64,000 bases of DNA from Perkinsela sp. CCAP 1560/9 (Eukaryota > Protista > Euglenozoa: Kinetoplastea), in contig CBFFSA010000009.1 of assembly GCA_965644495.1 (NCBI GenBank), forward strand, positions 620,001 to 684,000, written 5' to 3'. Below, piece by piece: positions 36,710-48,072 of the stretch. The position numbers were made by a program, and so were the translations under genes. The notes below the pieces were generated by a model that was given only the letters and a program-made list of their open reading frames with translations, was not told the DNA's origin and made no database searches. The first letter of the stretch is position 1; the number at the start of each line of letters is the position of its first letter.

Positions 36710-38410
36710 ATGGTTGTTTCTACTCGATCTAACACAAAACGGGACTCGAGCTTTGAACGTGAGGCAAATGACCACAAACTCGGGTCATGGGATCAATTCC
36801 AGGCGAACAAAGATCTCGTAAAAGGTGCGAGCACGTACGCCGAAGAATTGTATACGACGCCTCTTCCACCGTACCCTTCGCCCGAATCAACGCAGCGCGC
36901 CGACGAGATTGCGATCAGCATTACAAACTCTAGGGAAGGTGCAACTCCTGATACTGGACACGCGCAACCGAACTCGGAGGAGCAACTTTTCTCCAGAGTC
37001 CGTCCGACCGAGCAATCCGACGTCCAGTCTGAAGAAGCGGACTCTTCTACTTCGTCTTCTTGCCCCTCAGGTTTTCGATTCTTGGGAGCAGATGATCCTT
37101 CACCCAGCTAGTTAAAGTCATCCAACAAGGCTGTGAAGGAGCAGTGCATGCGTCATTTTCGGAAATCGGAAGGTCACCACTACACATATGATTCCAGTAT
37201 CCTAGCGTTTCCCGATCTCACACCTCCGAATCTGGACTTTTCTGTATCGAACGATCCGCAGAAACGCAAGAAAAAGAAACGACTCAAGCGGAACGTCACC
37301 TCCAAACCCCCAGGGAAGGACTTGGGCTCCGAGAGTAGCGATGAAACGACCACAGACCATACATCAACCCAAGAGAGTTGCGATTCCAGTGAGGTAAACC
37401 TCAAACGCCATCGAGTTCCCCCAGCCTCAGGAAAAGACGAGTCACATGCAAGCACGCCGACTAAAGCCCAATATGGCACCAGGAAATGTCCTGTGGAATA
37501 TTGTCCATGGCAAACAGGGTCACAAGGCAATCAGTGGTAAGTGTTTTACCATCACGTAGCCCGCAGACACGGGGAGGAAGTTTCGGAAGCGTGGTGGGCA
37601 GGAGAAAGGCGATTCCGATGCTCGGGATGCAACAGGCATTACTCTATATGTAAGCAAGAATACCACAAAAAGCATTGCAAGTTCCACTCACAATCATCTC
37701 AATGTCCAAATATCCATCTTGCCGACGCTAAGGACTCCACCGTATCATCCAGTAACATTACCACCAACCACGAACTTATTCAATCGCCAACTCATTTAGA
37801 ACAAGAACACGCACAGCCCAACGAGCGTACTGCGCGAGACACTCCAACAGGGGAAGATCTCCCGACCCTATCCTCAATCTCCGCCTAGCCTATAAATACG
37901 TGCAAGAACATTCCTAACACTTGTAAGGCCGAGTGGGCGAAAGCACTCACCGAATGCATGGCGACGGCCGTCTACGACAACACCATTGAAGCGTGGACAC
38001 TTCTGGCCATGTTACCGAAATGCGTGATTCCGGCACCACGCCGTGGTGGCGACAAGGGCAAAGCTTCGCACGCCTCCATTGTCCGAAAATGCCTCACCAG
38101 ATGGAAAAACAAGGAATATCAATCACTCTGGAATGAGGCGTCAGCAAGCATGAAGCGCAAGCACAAAAGCACCCCACAGATTCAGAGCATCGAAGAGGAG
38201 GATAGGAAAGCAGCGCTACGAGCAGTCCGCTTGGTGAGGGACGGAGAACTTTCCCGCGCGATGACCGCGCTAACCTCTGAACCACTTGCCCCCAACGATG
38301 ATACGACCTTCCACAAGCTGCAGGCGAAACATCCCTCCCGTCTTCTTGACCCGAGTCCGATCGCCACACTCCCTTCGGATATTAAACCTCTCACGGCCAC
38401 CGCAGAAGAC
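36710..38410 (+). pseudogene. CRE-clade non-LTR retrotransposon, 5' half (LsmAD, C2H2 fingers, pre-RT region)
   Basis: One frame with 3 stops, containing an LsmAD motif, CPVEYC...HVARRH, AWTLLAMLPKCVI..RGG and GELSRAMTAL...LQAKHP. Confidence 0.85.
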
Positions 38411-40070
38411 ATGATGATGATGATGATGATGGGTGCACCCATTTGGCCTTTGCAGGCTGTGGGCCCTCTACCGTCCACGCTAGGGTGGCCCGACGGCTCG
38501 GATATTTCACCGATGCGTACGACCGGTCCTTGCGGACCGGCGGTCGAGCCAGCCGTAGCAAGCCACGGCTGGCACTTCACATAGGACGGGAGTCGGAGAC
38601 GCAGTGAGGCTAGGCCACACACTGACCAGCGGTCCCTACGAGAGGGGCAACCAGTCCTCCGCGCGCCTTCAAAGAAGGTTGTGCAAAAAAGAGAAAAGTA
38701 TCCCTGCTAAATCAAATCCCTACACAAACACCGTCCTAGTTTCTTAGCATCTTGTTATAACCGATGCCGGACAGTATCTGTGGATTTCTTTCACGTTTAT
38801 AGAATTTATTTCATTTTAACGACATTTTACATTTCTTTTTTCGCGCTGGTTTTGAGTCTTCCTTATAGTCTTCTATTGCTTGAATCCACTTGGTTCTGTT
38901 TTGGGCTAACGATTTCCATGAATGTGCAGGTATCCCGGACCTTACACACAGTTTTTCTAGTGCTTGGTCATACGGAGATTTCGTGCAAGGAGAGTTGTGG
39001 CTTACCAAGCTCCCCAATAATGTCTTATTGGGGTGCCTGTGCTCGTCCATTCGTGCGACGTGCCCAGCAAAGTTGAGAACCCTTAGATCGTGAATCAGTT
39101 GGATAGGTTCCATTCCTGACATTCGCAGTATCTCGGAGTTACTGAGGCGTTTTCTTTCTGAGTTGTGATTTCTATTCGTGTTCCGCCGACATTTAAATAC
39201 CATTTTGAGCATGCATAGGTATTGAACTTCTAGTGCATTTTGAAGTCTAGTGGTTAGCGCCCAGGAGGCGCTTCCGTACATCAGTCTCGGTGTTACACAA
39301 ATCTTAAATATAGCTGACTTGCGGTGCCTGGGGATGAATTTATTTTTCCAAATCGATTTTAATTCGTGTATTTTGGCCAGTGCCGATTTGATACGAAATC
39401 CAATTTCAGGCTCTAACGAGGCATCGTCGTCGATAACTGTACCTAGGTAAGGAAATTGTTTTACCTGCTCTATTTTTGAACCGTTTAGTATAAAGTCAGC
39501 TGTATGATATTTTCCAGATTTTTTTGGCTGGATAACCTGTAACTTAGTTTTTGATGTATTAATTGCAAGTGTTCAAGTGTTTTGGCAAGTACTTTAGCAG
39601 ATTCTCTCAATTCGTTTAAATTGTCGCTCCATTGTGCAATATCGTCTGCGTAAGCGGATAGGCCAATAATATCTTCGCCTTGTACTCGGTCTCCTCTGCA
39701 TGATCGTCCTCTAGGCAATCTCCATCCTATTTTCACACCAGGTCGTGCCTTTTGAGAAGCAGTTCTGATAATGCAGTCTAGGACACCATTGAAGAGAATG
39801 CAACTCAGGGAGCACCTTTGTTTTACACCTGTCTCAATTTCGAACTCGGAGCTAGCTGTACCGTCAGCTGCTTTGACTGCTGCCGTGGTTCCGTCGTACA
39901 GGGCTTTTGTTAACTCTACCAACCGTCCACCGATACCCATTTGCCGAAGTACTTCCCACAAGGCTTCTCTCGGTACGCGATCGTATGCTTTCGTAAGATC
40001 GATATACAATACATAGAGCTGTGTTCCTGTTCTGTGGGCTTCCTCAGTAAGCCTTCTGAGTATGAAAATC
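38411..40070 (-). mobile_element. RTE-like non-LTR retrotransposon (5'-truncated) with (CAT)n tail, inserted in the CRE element
   Basis: YIDLTKAYDRVPR, GVKQRCSLS, AYADDI, FPYLG and NFAGHVARM; (ATG)7 at 38411-38431. Confidence 0.88.
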
Positions 40071-40886
40071 GGGTGAGTATGATATCTTCGTTCGGGTGAT
40101 CAACACAGTACTGACCTTCTTGAACATCGTATCCGGATAGATTTGGAGCTACCGGCAGTAATGTCAGAAGAAGCCGCGTTCCTCTGGAGTTTGCTAAAAG
40201 AATGGATGCGTGATGCAGCGCGTCGTGGAGGGATAGAAACGGAAGATTTGCACCAAGTTAGCATTGGCCAAAAGTCGCTCGACAAACTTCGAATTATGCA
40301 AGGGGTTCGGCGTGGGGCAGATTCTGCCTATGTGAGTACCCGATACGAAAATCAACGCAGTGATGATACGCTAGGTAATACTATTCGTCAGAGTATTTCG
40401 TACGGAGCACGGGGTCGAATGCGAAATAGAGGCCGATATCCCACGTTTTACCGAGCGCCTTTTTGAGGTGGATATGTTCTCCCCAGTGCAGCAGGAAAAA
40501 AAATTTCTAGAGGGGGTTTTCAAGGGCGGGGAACTGGCCCGAGAAGTTGACTCTCCGCAGTCCGCCCCCGTGGAAAAAGCCAGTCAGTAAATATATCAAA
40601 AGTCAGTACTATAATAATTCAAAATCCGAAAAATACAAAAAAATGTTTAGAACTATCATTATCGAGCAAGTTCAATTTAAGCCGAAAGCCGTCGAGCAAG
40701 TTAATAGCAAAACAAAAACAATTAAGCAAGTTCATTTTAAACCAGAAGAGTCAGTCACTAAGGTTACCAAAGAGCGGCACCCTTTCGGTAACTCCTGTAA
40801 ATCAGAAAAGCAAAGTTCGCATGAATCGAATAGTGGAAAATCCTATGAAGAAAGCATCCCCAATAATACGGCAATAAAATAGAATT

Positions 40887-41798
40887 ATGCAAGCAAATTC
40901 ATCAAACATGAGAAAAATGTTCCTACCGCGATCTTACCGCGACGACGTTCTTCAGGTGATGAAAGTCATGGGGATAGAAAAGAGGTCATCCCAACAAGTC
41001 TTGGAAGGACTGTGGTCCAGAACAACTTGGATGACGCGAGCAAGATTGTTGCGTATTATGAACACTCAACGCCTCAAGCTAGAAGACGACGACATCATAA
41101 AATTCATCACGAAAGCAAGACTATCAATACAAACAAAAGCAACTTATCTGAAGCATCTGATATCAATGATAGGCTACACCGGAAAACCAGCGCACCATTC
41201 CCGGTTGCTACTGAAGACCTTGATTCGTCGCGGAGCACAACTGCTCATGCACCAAGCGAAGCCAATCACAAAGGAACAGCTCGACCATATAGTCCCATAT
41301 ATGAGGCAAGAAATGGCGGCAACGGTACTTATCGCTTTCAAGACGGCATCGCGTGCGGGGGAAGTTTCGCTCCTTACGCGCAAAGACTTCAAAATTGTTT
41401 GTCCACATTGTATAATCCTGTACTGGGGCCACAAGACAAAGACAACGAAATCGCAGCCTTTCCGCCCAGACACTATGGTTGTTATAGAGGGGGCGTACAC
41501 GAACCGTTTATACCATTATCTACAGAAGCTCAACCCACATTCCCATATCACAACCCTTACGTCACTCCACATTACCCGTTTCCTTCAGCGCCATTTGGGC
41601 AAGGGATACACCTCCCATTCTCTCAAACGGGGTGCCGTACACCATTTGATGGAGCGTGTGGCGTCCGACCAGATTTCTTTGGAGGAAGTCATGCGACTCG
41701 CAAATCATCGGCAGCTTCCTTCGCTCCTACGGTATTCTGGGGTGAACGAGAACACTGCCAGAGCATTGGGGACCCAAAGAGCAACGAGACTTCTTTGA
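40887..41798 (+). CDS. Tyrosine recombinase (intact, 303 aa)
   Basis: TASRAGEV, KTKT, HSLKRGA, ANHR and LLRY. Confidence 0.9.
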   Translation: MQANSSNMRKMFLPRSYRDDVLQVMKVMGIEKRSSQQVLEGLWSRTTWMTRARLLRIMNTQRLKLEDDDIIKFITKARLSIQTKATYLKHLISMIGYTGKPAHHSRLLLKTLIRRGAQLLMHQAKPITKEQLDHIVPYMRQEMAATVLIAFKTASRAGEVSLLTRKDFKIVCPHCIILYWGHKTKTTKSQPFRPDTMVVIEGAYTNRLYHYLQKLNPHSHITTLTSLHITRFLQRHLGKGYTSHSLKRGAVHHLMERVASDQISLEEVMRLANHRQLPSLLRYSGVNENTARALGTQRATRLL

Positions 41799-43187
41799 AA
41801 CCAAGCATTGACTTGGGTATGACATGGGATACGTTAGATGGAGACACAAAATTTTCGAATCGTCGCGTGTGGTCTCGTCCACATCGCCCGCTTCAGCCGC
41901 CAACTCATGAACAAATGAGCTTGCCCTTACATGCCCCAGCGATACGTTCTATTGATTTAGAAAAAATTCGAAAATGGATGACAACGGAAACCAAAAATCG
42001 TTTCGATGAAGTGTGGGCGTTATTAACGTCCCCAATGCGCAAGCGTGCGTATGAACTAACCCCAATTAGCAAAACTACTATTTCAGAAAAAGATATCAGC
42101 CATCTGCTTAAATCGGAAATTATTCACCGAGTAGCCTACGAAGAATTCGAGCGCCGTCCAACGCGTGCTTGTGTGATACCATTCACAACTTATGAAGAAC
42201 GGGAAGAAGGTCCTCGTCGCCGTTTTATCTGTTGGCCAAAACATCAGAATCAAGCGCTCAACAACAAATACATTGCCCATGTACCCATAGGTCAGCCGGC
42301 TTCATACGTAAACAAGATAATTCATGGAACTGCTATGAAACGTGATTTGAAGGCTGGATTTTTTCAAGTTGAGTTACCCGTGAGGCGCGTTGTTATTATC
42401 GTTTTCGCTGCGGACCAGCTACTTATGAAATGACTCGTATGCCAATGGGGCATTGCTGTGCGCCCAAAATACAACAAATTATAACGTCAACATTAGCGGG
42501 ACATGTGGAATACAGTAAAGATAGTATGGATTTACACGGTTTTGATACCTCTAAACTGGACATTTACCTCGATGGCATACGTTACTGTGGAACTGAAGAT
42601 GAAGTCTCGGCCTACGAACTTTTTGTCGACGATCGAGCCAAAAAATTAGACATTACCTTTAAAACTGAAGAATCTTCAAAAGGCACAAACTACAACTTTC
42701 TTGGGGTTGATTACGACCATAATGCAAAGGAGTATAAACTGAGTCAGCGTTTCCTTCATAAAATACCCTTAACTGTCGCTTCACACGCACCATTACACGA
42801 ATTTGAATCCTTATGCGCCAGGCTAGTGTATGCGTCTGCAGTGCTCGGAATCGTAATGCCCAAATATTACTGGGCGATTAAATTTATTAGGCGTCAAATT
42901 TCAAAATTGAACAAAGGGATCATGCACGAATCGGACACGGTAAGGCTCTCCTACGTAGTTTTCGCGCAACTGAATAGATGGACAAGGGAGATAAGAAAGA
43001 ACAATCCTCAGCGCTATATGGAACCACAAGCAGAGCGATTTGCGACCCTTTACACAGACGCCTCTCTTGACGGTTGGGGCGCCGTATTATTTTGCCCGGA
43101 TGGATCCGTTTTTGGCACCGGAGCAGCGTGGCAAACCAAAATGGAAATTAATCATGCCGAAGCCTTAGCAATTGAAAACGCGCTATA

Positions 43188-44334
43188 CAGGGGGGGCCAC
43201 GAAAACTGACTAGCTTCGCATTTTAGCCTCGTGAGGCCGTTTGAGCTAATTTTTGTTGCAAACGAGAGATCTCGTTCTGAATATCGTGTCTACGCTATTT
43301 AGAACTCGTTTGTATAAACCTGATATTTTGCATTTCGAAAATACTGAAATTTAAGACGATTTATTTTGCAAAAAGCATAAAAAATAGTAAAAAAGTTGGT
43401 TTTCTCTTCTTTTTTCTTCACTATGGGCAAGCGGCATAGATTAAACCGTTGCCAATTGTCCCCAGAGCAGTCTTCGTATTCCATACGCATTGTTTGCGCA
43501 CACGAAAGACATCGTGGTACAAGTATTGAAGACACGGCACGAATGATGAACTGTTCTGAGAGCTCTGTCTATCGGTACAAGGCACGTTTTGATGAGTCAG
43601 GTGACGTGGCACGTGCGAGCTACTCGCGCGATAATGCCGTTGATACGGAGGAATTCCGTGCTATGCTCTGTACCCTTGATGATGAGAAAGACACGCCATT
43701 CGGGTGTCCGGGGTTTAAATGGGTACACAAGAGAGTGGACAAGACACTTTATCCTTGTAGTCTGAACACCGTAAAACGGAGTTTGAAAAGGATGGGATAC
43801 GTCATTAAGACTATGTCACACAAACCTTTCTTAACTGCTGAGCACAAGGCTGCCCGATTACAACTTGCTGATTACTTCGATGGATGGAGTCCAGATCAGC
43901 TGTCCCGTGTGGTATGGTGTGACGAGAAGATTTTCCGATGTGGTTCACATGGGAAAAAAATCACATATCTTGCAAAAATCACTGACCCCCCCAAGGAAAC
44001 ACCAGTAGAAATGGATAGGTGGTACGGGGGGAAGGGAGTGCATGTATTCATGGCAACCAGTCTGCGTTGGGAAGTACCCGATGCGTGTTTCCACGAGTTT
44101 TCCCAGAATGAAACCGTAACAAACGAAGTTTTTCTGAGAACAATGAAGAAGCGAAATGGGTTTTTTAACTGGATGCATCGGCGGCCGGGGGCTGCTGTTG
44201 TCCTTGACAATGCGCCAGGGCACGGGGCAGCCCGGAGAATAGGTAAGCTGGAAGGAATTAAAATTATTGACTGGCCTTCGAAATCTCCTGATCTCAATTT
44301 GATTGAGAATTTGTGGAGTATGATGGATGTTTAA
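43188..44334 (+). mobile_element. Tc1-like transposon (right end missing); transposase at 43396-44334
   Basis: TA|CAGGGGGGGCC left end; HTH, WCDE, LDNAPGH and WPSKSPDLNLIENLW. Confidence 0.9.
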
Positions 44335-44773
44335 AATTCTTACGCATGTTTGTCGACAACACAAGCGTAGAGTCTGCCTTGCGCAAAAGGTGGGCAGAGT
44401 CGTATAACATATCTGAAGTTTTGGGACGAGTGCTCTCATACCTAAATGCGCACCACATTACGATATTTCCTGAGTACGTGACAACCAAAGATAATCAAGC
44501 GGATGCCTGGAGCAGAAACCGCTACGATACTTGGCGGTATGGTGGTATTCATGAACTCGCAACTGTGAGCGAAGCCCACTTCTGGAGGCAAAAGCCCCCT
44601 TTTGCGAGCAAGGCCCAACTGTGACCGTAGCCCTGGGACATAATAATATTCTTTGGCGACCCGCGTGCTCCAGCGCGCGGGTCGCACACTGAGAACCTAT
44701 GTTTGCCACTTCCGCAGGATTATGCATTCAATAAAACGCTCGTTGAGTACTCAACGAACCCGGGACGTACCCG

Positions 44774-46001
44774 ACTGCTTTTTATTCCGATTCATCACTC
44801 CCTAGTATGACTTCGCTGGAAATTGATGCGTCTTCGCTCAAGTAGAACGAGCAGTGGCTGTAGCTTACATCCAACTGCTCGTCATTTGCTTCGTACCCGT
44901 AATGAGTGCAGATGCATTCGAGAATGTTAATGAACCGAGTCTGCCACGCTTTTCGGCGCTGCTTTGCCGTAGCCACTTCACGGCGCTTTACCAGTTTCCA
45001 GTGAGTTCGGCCCATTTTCCGATCATCGATTTCTGTCACCGTGACGAACCACCATCCTATTTTTCGGACCCTTTTCCCACGGTTATATTTCCGTTTTCCT
45101 ATGAATGTTTCATCCACTTGCAGTTTGGAAAAGTTAAAATCCGTGTTTTCTTGTTGGTGGAACGCTGCGTTACCATGTGAAGGAACTTTGTAACAGTGCA
45201 TTGCCGCACTCCACGGTTACGACTGATTTGCCCTGTCGCGAGGTTGTTCGCGATGTCCCCCAATATTAGAAGAGTGTCTATATCCACCCCAGAGCGACTG
45301 TTCAAAAAAGGGGAGAATCTAAACGCTCGCGCACGATGGGTTGCGAGCATCGTCAGCACGATACGTACGTATTTCTACGTGTGGTCTTCCGCGTACTTCC
45401 CTCATGTAGTCAGAGCCATGTTTTTCGCAACGAGGGTGTCGAAGCAAATGATGGTTTAACATCCATTCGATGGCGGACTCGTCTTGAGGAATGTGGCGCA
45501 AGTTTTTCCACGAACGCACGCACGCAAACCCAACACATCCACTACAAGTGCGACGAGCAACTTGCGTAGCTGGAATTTCAACTCGTTGATCTTCCCAAGG
45601 CACATCACCATCGCCCTGATTAAAGCGCTCACTGTTTCCACTCAAGCGCTCACTGTTGCGATTCTGGCGATCAATATAAGAAAGAAAACGGCGAACCAAA
45701 TCTTCCGCGTCCTCATTTCGATTGGGGTTGTCGCGCGCCATGAACCGTTAATTTTTTTTGCGAATAGTTGATAAGAAAACACGCTAAACTTGAATATATT
45801 TGCTATTCTTGTTTTCTAGTATTTTCTTCTGAAATTTAATATAAATGTGCACTTCCTGGGCCTACCAAAAGTAAAAAGAATACTCACGATTACGCACAAA
45901 AATACTCGTTGAGTACTCAGTGAAGTGTAGAACACTTCGTTGAGTACTCAACGACCTGTTGTACACTTCACTGAGTACTCAACGAACCCGGGACGTACCC
46001 G
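44774..46001 (-). mobile_element. Merlin/IS1016-like transposon remnant
   Basis: QVDETFIGKRKYNRG signature, an upstream zinc-ribbon-like PRCEKH, and palindrome-rich terminal repeats. Confidence 0.82.
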
Positions 46002-46009
46002 GTATTTTA

Positions 46010-47389
46010 TTTACTCCTGGCAGTCTGCATTCTTGGATTTCGAGAATATCAACACCTGCATTTTCCGCAAGATCAGCTGTCTCAAGCGCGTGCGCCTTCC
46101 ATGTTTCCGCGAGGTCTCCTAACTTTCCAGTCACCTAACTTTCGGTCCACGCTTCGTCCTATCCTCTGAAGGGGTCCAACAGGGAGACCCGCTCGGACCC
46201 CTTTTGTTCTCGCTTGTTAGGCGAGAAATGGCTACGGAAATAATGGCAGGGGCACCCGACCTTCAGCTTAATTTTTGGTATCTTGATGATGGTGTCCTGG
46301 CAGGCAAGGCCTCTGACGTGCGCCATGCTATAGACATCATCGAAATCGGAGGTCCGAAATGGGGACTCAATCTCAATCCCTCAAAGTGCGAAATAATCAC
46401 TCACCCGTCCTCATCCCAGCAAGTCTCCCACTTTCCTGACATTCCAGGACTGAACATCAACACAGAGGGCAATCTGAGCATCCTGGGAAGCCCGATCGGA
46501 TCGAACGCATACCGTCGCCAGTTCTTCATCGACGGCGCGATCTCGCAGGCACAGGAGTCCCTCGAAGCGATCGAGAAACTGGAGGACCCCCAGGTCGCCC
46601 TGTCTTTCATCAGGCAGTGCACAGGGTTCTGCCAGATGGTGTACTCCCTGCGCACGACACCAACGGAAGAACTCATGGATCTATGCCGAAGACTCGACAA
46701 CGCCGTTCAGCGTGCATTGGAAAACTTCTTTTGCCCACAAAGTGATATGGCACGATGGCAAGCGCAAACGGATAAACGGTTCGGCGGTCTCGGCCTTCGC
46801 TCTGCGGAGATGCACGCCACCTCTGCATATGTGGCTTCAGTGGCATTCGCGTCGAATAAGGACCGATGGGATGCGACTGAGGCTGAGGGCTTCTCTTCCG
46901 CTGCGGAAGACATCAACCGTCGCGTAGGGGGTTACCTGGTGGACACATCTACGGGAAAAATCCCCAAAGAATCAATCGTAAAGTCGTGCCCTTTTGCGCC
47001 CTCTGTGTATATGGACTTATCGCAAGAGTTGGCCGTTTTCCGACAACGCGACTTAAGTCACGCAAACTCCGCCAGAGAATTCGATAACTCCTACGCTTCT
47101 GCGGATCCCCGCAGGTGGCGCCAGGTGGATCTCCCAATCGGGGGAAGGGGCCTCAAACTGGGCTTTCACGATCCCCTCAGCTCTCTGCGGTCACGCGTAC
47201 ACCGCCACGGAGTTCCGGACTCTGATTCGGTGGTGGCTCGGGGAAAACATCTATCCTGAAGGCCGTAATTGTCCGGTCCCAAACTGTCGCCTACCGCTCG
47301 GCCCCGAAGGCGACCACGCTTTAGCCTGCAAGTGTGGCCACGGGGTAATCACCAGACATAATACCCTCGCCGAACATTTTTGCACACTG
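46010..47389 (+). pseudogene. CRE-clade retrotransposon, 3' half (RT and CCHC knuckle; truncated before the RLE)
   Basis: GVQQGDPLGPLLFSL, WYLDDG, LNPSKCE, ILGSPIG, GGLGLR and CPVPNC...DHALAC...RHN. Confidence 0.88.
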
Positions 47390-47740
47390 TATACCCCATC
47401 TCTTCGTTACTATGATTGCTGTATTGACCGTTTTTTGTAGTTCTTCCTCTTTGTCAGACCATAGGACCAGGTCGTCCGAGGGTATCTGTGTCGCCAACTG
47501 TTTCACCTAAGTGATTTTTTCCTCTCGATATTCGCCATTGAAACTTTACTCCTATCGGACCGTATTGCAAAGTTTTCCTCATTACAGCATCCACAGTAGC
47601 ATTGAATAATTCTTTTTCTCTGTTTTAATTTTCATTGTTTTTCAGCGGCATAATTTACATACAATTGCTAGTTTTGGGCTCACCAAAAAAAACGTTTTTC
47701 TATTGGTTTCATTTAGTTTCAGGAAGTTTCGAAGGTCTGG
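47390..47740. repeat. 351-bp direct repeat, copy 2
   Basis: Matches 36248-36598. Confidence 0.95.
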
Positions 47741-48072
47741 CGCGATTATTAATGGATACGGAATCGAAGAGTAATGTTCATGCGAAATGGGTTTTCTACT
47801 CGCGAGCTCAACCGGTACGAGCTGGGATTTAATTATGGGGGGTAGGGCACAGTGTGGGGGTAGGAAAACCCCCCGGGTGTTTTTACCTTCCGGGTGTCAC
47901 TTTTTCACTGCATTTCCCTTCAGGGAGGCGGCTTCGTGGAGGGAAATTGTTTGCTAGTTTGGGGTGGGCTGATTGCTTTTAGAAGGAGGAAAAACTAAGA
48001 AAAAAAAGATATTTTATCTATAAAAGGATTTTCTATAGACGCAAATAAGCAAAAAAAAAATCACCAGACCAA

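Larger units (their letters stand above)
40100..44690 (+). mobile_element. VIPER/TATE-like YR retrotransposon, copy 2 (divergent family; RNase H split by a Tc1)
   Basis: gag remnant, YR, RT (RDLKAGFFQV, MPMGH, YLDG) and RH (YTDASLDGWG...NHAEALA | FVDNTSV...DNQADAWSR). Confidence 0.88.

Noticed and set aside
36710-38410. Stop-codon reassignment (in-frame TAG/TAA in retroelement ORFs)
   Set aside because: Host genes and the 1617-aa ORF have no internal stops. The same elements also carry frameshifts and deletions, so decay explains the stops.
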